Below are positions 24,925 through 35,840 of a stretch of DNA of 56,535 bases, one piece after another. Made by a program: the position numbers and the translations under genes. The stretch comes from Octopus bimaculoides. Lineage: Eukaryota. The stretch's first letter is position 1, and each line of letters starts with the position of its first letter. The DNA lies in assembly GCF_001194135.2 (NCBI RefSeq), contig NC_068989.1, forward strand, positions 56,550,595 through 56,607,129. Reading direction: 5' to 3'. Below the pieces are notes generated by a model. It saw nothing but the letters and a program-made list of their open reading frames with translations, ran no database searches and was not told where the DNA came from.

Positions 24925-25135
24925 ATTGGGGTAAATCATTAGAGCATCAGAAAGAAAACACCTTGCAGTATTTCTTCTGACTCCACGTTCTGAGTTCAAA
25001 TTACACTTAGGTCTTCTTTGCTTTTCGTCATTTCAGGGTTGATAAAATATATACCTGTCAAGTACTGGAGTTGGTGGTATTGACTAACTCCCAGCTGTCT
25101 AAATTGCTTGTCTTGTGCCTAAATTAGAAATAGTT
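24925..25135 (+). mobile_element. SINE family B, diverged
   Basis: ...ttctgagttcaaatt...tttgcttttcgtcatttcagggttgataaaa...gtactgg...cttgtgcctaaattagaaa. Confidence 0.7.
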
Positions 25136-25150
25136 ACTAAATCCACCTGG

Positions 25151-25268
25151 GAAGGCCCGAGGCTATGGTAGAAGACATTTGTCCAAAGTGTCATGTAGTG
25201 GGACTGAACCTGGAACCATGTGGTTGAGAGGCAAGCTTCTTAACACACAGCTATGCCTGTACATGCAC

Positions 25269-25322
<54 letters not shown>

Positions 25323-25436
25323 GGGTGCAGGCATAGCTGTGTGGTAAGATGCTTGCTTCTCAACCACATGGCTCCAGGTTCAGTCCTACTATGTGACACT
25401 TTGGACAAATCTCTTCTGCTATAGCCTTGGGCCTTC
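25151..25436. repeat. Head-to-head inverted pair of family-A SINE 5' halves around a (CA)n spacer
   Basis: 25151-25259 is the reverse complement of 25328-25436, about 88% identical by eye. Confidence 0.9.
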
Positions 25437-25571
25437 AGAAGTCTTGTGAGTGGATTTGGTAACTATTTTTAATTTAAGCATAAGGCCAGCAATTCAGAGG
25501 GCTGGGAGTTTAGTCAATACCATCAACTCCAGAATTTGACAGACATATATATATAAGCATAGATATATTTA

Positions 25572-25605
<34 letters not shown>

Positions 25606-26033
25606 CGTGTGTATTATGTATGTAAGTAGGTTGTGTATGAATGTATTTCTGTTTGTGCTTCCTTGTTTTGACAACACGTGGTTGTTGAAAATGAATGGCA
25701 TTCATTTGTCATATTCTGCAAAACCATGTCTGACTTGGGGGAAATATTACCTCGCATACAAACAGGGAAAGGTTGGCAGCCGAAAGGGCATCAAGCCATA
25801 GAGAATCTGCCACAGTAAACTCTGTCAAACCCATTCAAGCATGCAAAAGGTGGATATTAATATGATGATGATGATATATATATATTTGTATATATATATT
25901 TATATTTATGTTACATTCATTTACACACACACACACGCACACACACATACACACACACACATGATATATATATGTATGTACATATTCGCGTGTGTGAGTG
26001 TATACATATATATAATAATATATATATTCACCT

Positions 26034-26079
26034 TCTCTGATGAAGGGATGTATAAAATATTTCAGAAACAGCTGTAAGA
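26034..26079 (+). ncRNA. Minimal type I hammerhead ribozyme-like motif, same family as 19348
   Basis: tct-CTGATGA-a-gggatgt/atatttc-a-GAAA-cagctg-T-A-aga, with a GUA cleavage triplet and palindromic acagctgt. Confidence 0.62.
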
Positions 26080-26287
26080 TTTTTTTCTTTATAAATGTTC
26101 TGGAAACTATTTACAGCCTTGGATTTTTTTAATCTCATTCTGTCAATTTATATATATGCATGCTAAAATATGGCCCATGTTGGACTCCTCACTCATATCA
26201 TTATTGAAACTGGATCTTAGCCATAGTACTTACCTAGCATTACTCAACACCATTTGGGTTTTCTTGACACCAATACCTCTCATACCC

Positions 26288-26333
<46 letters not shown>

Positions 26334-26362
26334 NNNNNNNNNNNNNNNNNNNNNNNNNNNNN

Positions 26363-26715
26363 CCAGCTAGTGGTTGCGGTGAAAGAATAAATTGTAAATC
26401 CAAAAAATAACAACAAAACTACAAAGGATTCTGCGGTACACGTGTTTCAAGCTTTATTTCACTGGAAAAGTAGATATAAGATTGCCAAGATTTTGTCTCT
26501 CTCATCAAAGATCAGTGGCTATCGGACGCTGACGAAGGGAAATAACCCTGAAACCCGGGTCCGTTCGTGCTACAGATCATGATGGGAAGGATAACTTCCC
26601 TTGGTAAACAGGACACAGTAGTGTGTCGATAAGCCAGCTGGAGGAGATGTCCTCCTGGGGCTAAAAGCAACAGTAACATCCACCCCTAGGGGTCAGCCAC
26701 ACTTAAGTGGCAATA
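26363..26715. mobile_element. Probable PLE pseudo-LTR / retrozyme-like segment
   Basis: Non-coding, next to (TA)n and a gap. Carries a canonical HHR on + and a degenerate one on -. Confidence 0.45.
26523..26567 (+). ncRNA. Canonical minimal type I hammerhead ribozyme
   Basis: Stem I cggacg/cgttcg (6 bp, one G.U); core CTGACGA; stem II aggg-aaataa-ccct; GAAA; palindromic stem III acccgggt; GUC triplet with predicted cleavage after 26561. Confidence 0.85.
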
Positions 26716-26744
26716 TATTACACTATATATATATAAACATATAA

Positions 26745-27567
26745 ATAACACTGACATCTTATTTTAACTGATATATTTACTAAAATTACATAAAAATATC
26801 TTGAAATACGAAAGAGTAAATTTATTCAATAAAATCACCATTGGCTTCAACCACAGCCACCAGATGACTTCAAAATCTCTTGCAACTCTTCTAGACAGTT
26901 TCTTGTTTAAGTTGGTGAATGCTGTCATAATCCTTGCCTTCATTTCATCTTTGGTGTTACAAGGAGTTTTGTCGGTCTCTTGCTCAAATGCACCCCACAC
27001 ATAATAATCAAGAAGGTTGCAGAGTGGGGAGTTAGGTGGCCAGATGTTAGGGGTGATGTGGTCGCAGAAATTGTCTGACAGCCATGATTGGGTTCTCCTG
27101 CTTGTGTGGCATGGTGCAGAGACCTGTTGCCAGACATTGTGTCTTCCAGCACCTACTCACTTGACCCAGGAGAGCACTACTTCTTCCAGGCACTTGATGT
27201 AGGCCTCTGTGTTGAGTTTGAGGCTGTGTGGGAAGATGAATGGAGGCATAATGTTGCCATCACTAGTGATCACTCCAAACACTATGATGTTGACTGGATG
27301 TTTGATTTTCATCACTCTTGGTACATATTGACACCTAAACTCAGATTGACACCTAAACTCAGATTGACACCTAAACTCTCTGAAATGTTTGTAATGGAGC
27401 TTCTGGCATGAATACCAAGCAGTACAGCATGTAATTTCCAAATTTCTGGTAGAGTAAATTGCATCCTGACCCTACTATACTGTGTAGTCGACAAAATCAA
27501 AAACAAACAGTGCAAATGCATGAAATATAAAAATATAAAATGGCAACAATTTATCCATCGCACCCTG
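26745..27567 (-). mobile_element. Internally deleted mariner of the DD37D (maT) type
   Basis: TA|CAGGGTG terminus at 27567. The minus strand gives PRVMKIKHPVNIIVFGVITSDGNIMPPFIFPH...VWQQ(V)SAPCHTSRRTQSWLSDNFCDHITPNIWPPNSPLCNLLDYYVWGA. There are 37 residues between the second catalytic position and the final D. Stops and frameshifts are present. Confidence 0.9.
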
Positions 27568-27644
27568 TATATATAATGTCCTGTTCCATGACAGAAAATT
27601 CAACAAAAAAAGTAGCATTCCATCTGATGAGAGATAAATATCAT

Positions 27645-27873
27645 TTATTTAAGGGACACAATACAAGTCTTTAATTGCTGCTAATAGTTTCATATGTTAA
27701 GAAATATCTCTAACATATTCATCAGACACAAACCACATGTCATAATGTACTTCTCTTATTTAATTTTGTAATTTATGACATCTGGTTTGTGCCTGATGAA
27801 TATGTTTGAGATATTTGTCAACATATGAAACAATTAGTAGCACTTAAAGACATGTATTGTGTCCTTTAAATAA
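27645..27873. repeat. Inverted repeat, ~100-bp arms, each carrying a hammerhead motif
   Basis: 27645-27745 versus 27773-27873 reverse complement, about 88% identical by eye. Confidence 0.92.
27789..27843 (+). ncRNA. Type I hammerhead ribozyme candidate
   Basis: Stem I gtgc/gcac; CTGATGA; stem II atatgtt/aacatat (7 bp); GAAA; stem III ac-aatta-gt; GUA triplet. Confidence 0.75.
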
Positions 27874-27963
27874 TAATATATATATGTATATATATGTGTG
27901 TGTGTGTGTGTTTATGTATATTTATATATGTGTGTATGTCTATATATATATGTTTGTATGTCT

Positions 27964-28375
27964 ATATGCATATCATCATTATCATATAATATCCATTTTC
28001 CATGCTGGCATGGGCTGGACGGTTTGACTGAAAACTGGTAAGTCGGAGAGCTACACCAGGTTTAACTGTGCCCATCTGATTTGGCATGGTCTCTACAGCT
28101 GGATGCCCTTCCTAACATCAGGTAATTCAAGAGTGTAGAGGGGGCCTTTTACTTGCCACTGACACAGGTGCTGGTTACGAAACATCAGCATTGGCCTTGA
28201 CTATGTTCTCACTTGGCTTGACATGTCTTCTCAAGCACAGTATATTGCCAAAGGTTTTGGTCACTTATCACTGCCTCCATGACGCCCAAAGTTTGGAGTG
28301 TGATTTTTATGTGCCACCAGAATGGGATCCAGTCATGTGACATTAGCATCAGCCATGACTATGATTTCACTTGGC
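27964..28375 (-). mobile_element. RTE 3' end fragment
   Basis: tttccatgctggcatggg...tacagctggatgcccttcctaac is the reverse complement of the RTE tail. Confidence 0.8.
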
Positions 28376-28382
28376 TTGTATA

Positions 28383-28438
<56 letters not shown>

Positions 28439-28963
28439 NNNNNNNNNNNNNNNNNNNNNNNNNNNNNNNNNNNNNNNNNNNNNNNNNNNNNNNNNNNNNN
28501 NNNNNNNNNNNNNNNNNNNNNNNNNNNNNNNNNNNNNNNNNNNNNNNNNNNNNNNNNNNNNNNNNNNNNNNNNNNNNNNNNNNNNNNNNNNNNNNNNNNN
28601 NNNNNNNNNNNNNNNNNNNNNNNNNNNNNNNNNNNNNNNNNNNNNNNNNNNNNNNNNNNNNNNNNNNNNNNNNNNNNNNNNNNNNNNNNNNNNNNNNNNN
28701 NNNNNNNNNNNNNNNNNNNNNNNNNNNNNNNNNNNNNNNNNNNNNNNNNNNNNNNNNNNNNNNNNNNNNNNNNNNNNNNNNNNNNNNNNNNNNNNNNNNN
28801 NNNNNNNNNNNNNNNNNNNNNNNNNNNNNNNNNNNNNNNNNNNNNNNNNNNNNNNNNNNNNNNNNNNNNNNNNNNNNNNNNNNNNNNNNNNNNNNNNNNN
28901 NNNNNNNNNNNNNNNNNNNNNNNNNNNNNNNNNNNNNNNNNNNNNNNNNNNNNNNNNNNNNNN

Positions 28964-29050
<87 letters not shown>

Positions 29051-29304
29051 CAATGCTGTTACTATATATGATATGCTGTGTGCACACGTGTGTGTAAGTC
29101 AGAGGAGAAGCATGTAATACAGTTCTAATCATACTATTCACCTTTAGAAATTGTCCACTGGTGTTTTTGCCAGCTGTTCACAACAAAATAACATAAAAAG
29201 GATAAAGAAATACTATCAAAAACTTCTCATTTTTATTCTACTTTTCCTCTCTAGGCATCACCATATTCAACTTTACTATTATCCTTCTTAACTATTTATC
29301 TATC

Positions 29305-29510
29305 TGACTGTCAGTCTCTCTCTCCCTCTCCTCCTCTCTCTCTTTATCTGTTTGCCTGTTTGTCTGTCTGTTTCTCTCTCTCTCTTTCTATCTCTCTCTT
29401 TCTCTCACTCTCTCTCTTTCTCTCGCTCTCTCTCTCTTTCTCTCGCTCTCTCTCTCCCTCTCTCTCTCTTTCCCTTGCTATCTCCCTCCCTCTCCCTTTC
29501 TTTCTGTATG

Positions 29511-29566
<56 letters not shown>

Positions 29567-29570
29567 ATCT
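29305..29570. repeat. Compound (TC)n/(TATC)n microsatellite
   Basis: Directly visible. Confidence 0.95.
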
Positions 29571-30327
29571 CTCTTTATATATATTCTATTCCACTTTTTT
29601 GTTCAAGCACTGCAAACACCAATACATGTTCATATACATACATGTACATACATATATATATACATACACACATACAGACATATGCATACATTCAGGGAAC
29701 ACATACTGACTAAATATAAAACGTTATTGATTGTGTCAGCAAGCTGTCAATGTATGGAAACACACACACACACAAACAGACACACACAAACACACACACA
29801 CACACACACACACATGCGTGAATATGTATATGGATATGTATATACACATATGGTCTGCTTGTGGTGGGGTGAGGGCAAGTTAGGTTATTCAGAATTCAAC
29901 AGAATTTACCTGGTAAGGGAATCTTTTTATAATATCCTCTCTCTTATTTTTTTCTTTGTGTGTGAGTGTTTTTGTACATGTGTACATGTATGCTACTCTC
30001 TCTCACACAATCCCTCCTCCTCCTCCACGCCTCACTCATTTTAATTCTCAACCCCACCACTCTCTTTCTGTCTCTTGCTTGTGTTCTCTAGACACATTGG
30101 TTCTGTTGAGCTATCCCTCAAACTTACCTGATCAATGAAGCTACTTGTATGTGTGTCTCTGACAAAGGTGTAGGTCTATTGCTTTTTGTCCCAGTAGAAC
30201 CACAACATCTGGATCTGGTGTCATCAGTCTAGTCAAACCAGAGAGCTGGCAGAGAAGTTCACATCTTTCCAAAGTTCTATAGGTTAGATATCACCTATAG
30301 ACATAAAATTATGCACGCAGAAACATT

Positions 30328-30377
<50 letters not shown>

Positions 30378-31267
30378 ATGTATATATGTATTGATGTATG
30401 TATATATGCATGTGTATACATATATATGATCTATATATACATATGAATTTAAGCATATATATATATAATACATACACACATACTTACATACATATANNNN
30501 NNNNNNNNNNNNNNNNNNNNNNNNNNNNNNNNNNNNNNNNNNNNNNNNNNNNNNNNNNNNNNNNNNNNNNNNNNNNNNNNNNNNNNNNNNNNNNNNNNNN
30601 NNNNNNNNNNNNNNNNNNNNNNNNNNNNNNNNNNNNNNNNNNNNNNNNNNNNNNNNNNNNNNNNATATATATATGTGCATATACGTACTTGCATGCATTT
30701 ACAGACACACATTCATACACATGCATAGCATACATAAATACCTACATGTAATACATGAATGCATACACTCATGCATACATACACTGACTTGCTCAATTCC
30801 AGTCCCTCAAGTTTTCGAAGCCTACCTGATACTGGATTGAGCTGACTTTTGGTAATTAACAGTTCTTCCAAAGTGACTTTTTCAACAAAACACTTGTATT
30901 ATACAGAAGGGACATAGAATAGGACAAAGAAGGGGATATTGTTCAAGTCTGTTCCTGATTATTGAACAAGAAAATAGTTTGGCATGGAGCATGGAGCAGG
31001 AGAAGAAAAAGGAAAGAAGAAATGTTGAAAATGTTTCCTAGAAAAGGTAAGAATGAAAGAATTGCTCAATGTATTACATTATAGGTGTAATTAGCGTGGC
31101 TTTGCTTCATGTTTTATTGTATGAATTTATCGTGTATATTTATTGTGAGCGTGTATGTGTGTGTGTGTGCATGTGTGCATGTATATGCGTGTGTGGGTAT
31201 GTATACATACATATATATATTTACATATGCACATACGTTCATTTATACATACATATATAGAATATAT

Positions 31268-31440
31268 ATTCTTTTATTCTTTTATTTGTTTCAGTCATTC
31301 AAATCGACCTCAGGACTTATTCTTTGTAAGCCTAGTACTTATTCTATCGGTTTCTTTTGCTGAACTGCTAGATTATGGGGATGTAAACACACCAACATCG
31401 GTTATCAAGCAATGTTGGGGGTACAAACACAGACACACAA
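31268..31440 (-). mobile_element. SINE family A, 3' half
   Basis: tttcagtcatt...ttctttgtaagcctagtacttattctatcgg. Confidence 0.8.
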
Positions 31441-31459
31441 CCCCCTCCCACACACACAT

Positions 31460-31506
<47 letters not shown>

Positions 31507-31689
31507 TACACACACATACATATATATAAATACATGTATCAATATATATANNNNNNNNNNNNNNNNNNNNNNNNNNNNNNNNNNNNNNNNNNNNNNNNNN
31601 NNNNNNNNNNNNNNNNNNNNNNNNNNNNNNNNNNNNNNNNNNNNNNNNNNNNNNNNNNNNNNNNNNNNNNNNNNNNNNNNNNNNNNNNN

Positions 31690-31723
<34 letters not shown>

Positions 31724-31947
31724 CATGCAGATATAATATAATGAAGTGATAAACAAAACATGCAATGTTGTTTAGGTTGTGTAATTCAAAAGTTGGTTAA
31801 ATAAGAATACTTCAAAACAGTGATTGCATTCTGCAAGAAGTTTAATTAAAAACTCTCTAGCAGTAATATGATAAGACTAATTCAATCAACTATTTTATTT
31901 TTTCTTTAAAAACAAAATAATTTCTCTTATGTACACAATATAAAGAG

Positions 31948-32350
31948 ATGCTGGCTTGGCTATGTATTAAAATGTTTGCTTCTCTACCACAAAGTTCTGG
32001 GTTCATTTCCACTGTTTGGTATCTTGGGCAGGTGTTTTCTATTATAGCCTCAGCTCAACCAAAGTCTTGTGTGTGTATTTGGTAATGGAAATTGAAAGCA
32101 GTCCATAGTGTATATGTATGTATGTGTGTGTGTGTGTGTGTGTGTGATTGTATCTGTGTCTCCCAGCACCCCTTGACAACTGGTGTTGGTGCGATTACGT
32201 CCACTTAACTTAGTGGTCCAGTGATAGAGACCAATAAATTAAGTACAGGGCTTAGAAAAATAATTACTGGGGTCCGTTCATTCAACTAAAATTTCTTCAA
32301 GGGGGTGCCCCAGTGTGGCCACAGTCTAATGACTGAAACAATGTAAAAAG
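31948..32350 (+). mobile_element. SINE family A, diverged
   Basis: ttctgggttcatttccactg...cttgggcaggtgttttctattatagcctc...cagtctaatgactgaaacaa. Confidence 0.75.
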
Positions 32351-32619
32351 TGGAAGATAAAAATAAAATATATTTCTATAGAATATTTATTTTAACGTAA
32401 TTCATTTGACAGATATTTTCTTTTAACCATTTTATCATTATATTTCTGTTGAAATACACTGCCTTTGTTTAATTAAATATGAAAATAATGAAAGATTTAT
32501 TAAATAACTGCCAATAATAAGCTGGAATATGGAGCATAGATTATTAAGAAATTTTAATAGTAGGTTTTACTATGGATCCCTTTAAACCAGAAAGTTTGTA
32601 TCTGAATCCAGAGCAGTCA

Positions 32620-32925
32620 CTAGTGAGTGTCAGGCTTACAAACTTGAGGTTGTGAGTTCAGTTCCCAGACCAGGCTGTGTGTTGTGCTCTTTTTGAGCAA
32701 GACACTTTATTTCATGTTTGCTCAGCTGTAGAAATGAGTTGCGACGTCATTGGTGCCAAGCTGTATCAGCCTTTGCCTTTCCCTTGGATAACATCAGTGG
32801 CATGGAGAGGGGAAGCTGGTATTCATGGACAACTGCTGGTCATCCACAAACAAACTCATCTAGACTTGCGCCTCAGAGGGGAACTTTCTAGGTGCAAATC
32901 CATGGTCACTCATGACTGAAGGGTG
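32620..32925 (+). mobile_element. tRNA-derived SINE, family C
   Basis: gaggttgtgagttcagttcccagacc...gagcaagacactttatttcatg...ccatggtcactcatgactgaaggg. Confidence 0.85.
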
Positions 32926-33127
32926 TTCTTACCATGTCCAACACTGAGAATTCCATGTATCAGCCACATTACTTTCCACTTTGCTTACTTTTAACAGGTT
33001 CATTAAATCTCATTCAGTAAATATATAAATGGGTAACCCTGCGATGGACAGGCATTTTGCCTGCCTAACCAGTAGGATGGCATCATTTGAAAGTTACAAC
33101 TATGTGAGGAAGAGTATTGTGATCATT

Positions 33128-33161
33128 ACTATCAGATGTTGTTATAACAACATCTGATAGT
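33128..33161. repeat. Perfect 34-bp palindrome
   Basis: actatcagatgttgttataacaacatctgatagt is its own reverse complement. Confidence 0.95.
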
Positions 33162-33347
33162 CTGGTCAATACAGATATATAGATACATTCATATATAGAT
33201 ACATTAATACATGCATACATTCATACATGCATATATTCATGCATGCATGTATACATACATACATACATACACACATACATACATACATATATATGTGTGT
33301 GCGTGTGTGTCTGTATGTATAAGTATATATATATATATATATATAGT

Positions 33348-34490
33348 GCGGAGTCACTATCAGAACTAGAGGAGAAGTTTCAGGTGTGGAAGCAAGGTCT
33401 AGAATTGAAGGGCCTTAGAGTCAACCTAGCTAAAACCAAAATCCTAATAAGTAGGAAGGTAGATAAAACACAAACCCCTTCAGGTAGATGGCCCTGCTCA
33501 GTATGTAGAAAAGGAGTAGGTAGTAACTCTATAAGATGTACCCGGTGCAAGCTATGGACACATAAGAGGTGCAGCAACATCAAAGGCAGGTTAACTAGCA
33601 AGTTAGTTTTTGTTTGTGGCNNNNNNNNNNNNNNNNNNNNNNNNNNNNNNNNNNNNNNNNNNNNNNNNNNNNNNNNNNNNNNNNNNNNNNNNNNNNNNNN
33701 NNNNNNNNNNNNNNNNNNNNNNNNNNNNNNNNNNNNNNNNNNNNNNNNNNNNNNNNNNNNNNNNNNNNNNNNNNNNNNNNNNNNNNNNNNNNNNNNNNNN
33801 NNNNNNNNNNNNNNNNNNNNNNNNNNNNNNNNNNNNNNNNNNNNNNNNNNNNNNNNNNNNNNNNNNNNNNNNNNNNNNNNNNNNNNNNNNNNNNNNNNNN
33901 NNNNNNNNNNNNNNNNNNNNNNNNNNNNNNNNNNNNNNNNNNNNNNNNNNNNNNNNNNNNNNNNNNNNNNNNNNNNNNNNNNNNNNNNNNNNNNNNNNNN
34001 NNNNNNNNNNNNNNNNNNNNNNNNNNNNNNNNNNNNNNNNNNNNNNNNNNNNNNNNNNNNNNNNNNNNNNNNNNNNNNNNNNNNNNNNNNNNNNNNNNNN
34101 NNNNNNNNNNNNNNNNNNNNNNNNNNNNNNNNNNNNNNNNNNNNNNNNNNNNNNNNNNNNNNNNNNNNNNNNNNNNNNNNNNNNNNNNNNNNNNNNNNNN
34201 NNNNNNNNNNNNNNNNNNNNNNNNNNNNNNNNNNNNNNNNNNNNNNNNNNNNNNNNNNNNNNNNNNNNNNNNCCATTTCGAGCGTGGCTGTTTTCGTGCG
34301 CGTGACACGTAAAAGAACCCACTACACTCTCTGAGTGGTTGGCGTTAGGAAGGGCATCCAGCTGTAGAAACTCTGCCAAATCAGACTGGAGCCTGGTGTT
34401 GCCATCCGGTTTCACCAGTCCTCAGTCAAATCGTCCAACCCATGCTAGCATGGAAAGCGGACGTTAAACGATGATGATGATGATGATGAT
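33348..34490 (+). mobile_element. 5'-truncated RTE-clade LINE spanning a gap, with PHD-like finger in the RT region
   Basis: AESLSELEEKFQVWKQGLELKGLRVNLAKTKILISR...WPCSVCRKGVGSNSIRCTRCKLWTHKRCSNIKGRL...FVCG. The 3' end ...gcatggaaagcggacgttaaac(gat)n follows the gap; joining the two sides into one copy is inferred. Confidence 0.88.
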
Positions 34491-34572
34491 ATATATATGT
34501 GTGTATGTATGTATATGTGTGTGTGTGTGTATATATATATGTATATATGTGTATGTATATATATATGTATGT

Positions 34573-34617
<45 letters not shown>

Positions 34618-34717
34618 AATATATGTATGTGTGCGTATATATATGTATATGTATGTATATATATATGTGTATATATATGTTTATATATATGCGTGTATGT
34701 ATATGTATATATACGTA

Positions 34718-34794
<77 letters not shown>

Positions 34795-34805
34795 GTTTGT
34801 ATGCA
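34491..34805. repeat. Compound (TA/TG)n microsatellite
   Basis: Directly visible. Confidence 0.95.
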
Positions 34806-35603
34806 TAAAAACACGATGTTTTTATTATCTTAGGACATAAAGAAGATAATGCAAGTGAAAGGTGCTGACCACTTTAATTCGGCCACCAATTAACCAAGTT
34901 GTGGGTTCAATTTCAGAACTAGGAACGCATTTTGTTCCAAAATAGCAAGAAACTTAGCTGCTATTTCTGATAGGTCAAGCTAGTAATTTAAAACTCTTCC
35001 AGATCTCACACAGACATGATGTCATCATCACAGCTTGATATAAGAAATAAAGCATTCTTATGTTTACTTTCTTACTTTGCAACTAAACATAATAAAAATA
35101 GGACTCTGAAATCTAAGAACTGGATCAGATAGTGCCAGGTGGTTTGTCTGATGCTCCAATGATCAGCCAACCTACTGCTTTTAGCTATAACAATAATAAT
35201 AATAATAATAATTAATTCGTTTTATTGGCCACAAGGGCTAATATCAATTAAAAACATATAAGGACAAAGACAGGACGAAGGTTACAAAAGGTTTTGTCCG
35301 AAAAGGTAGGAACGTTCGTCTAAACAGAGGAAGAAAACGGAGAAAAGATATAATAAATAAATAGATAAATAAATAGATAAATAAATAAGTAGAACTCCCA
35401 AAGGGGGAGGCGCTTCGAATAATAATAATAATAATAATGATATGAGATCACCATGTCACGCACATATGGTTGTGATGCATGTGCCTAGTGTACCCTTATC
35501 AGACGGGTAGTCATGATGGGTATATTGGGCTTTATATTTTACCCCAGTGTCACTTTGATGGCATGCACTGCTCTCTCACTCAATAATAATAATAATAATA
35601 ATA

Positions 35604-35802
35604 ATTCTTTCTACTATAGGCTCAAGGCCTGAAATTTGGGTGAGGGGAATAGTCAATTACATCAATCCCAGTACTCATTGACTCTGAAAGGATGAAAGGC
35701 AAAGTTGAACTCAGAACACAGTGGTAGACAAAATACTGATAAGCATTTCATCTGATGTGCTAATGATTTTGTCAGCTCACCATCTTAATAATAATAATAA
35801 TC

Positions 35803-35840
<38 letters not shown>

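Noticed and set aside
27624-27642. ctgatga cores at 3456, 8218, 11620, 27624, 43718 and 52964
   Set aside because: None has a correctly placed stem II followed by GAAA.
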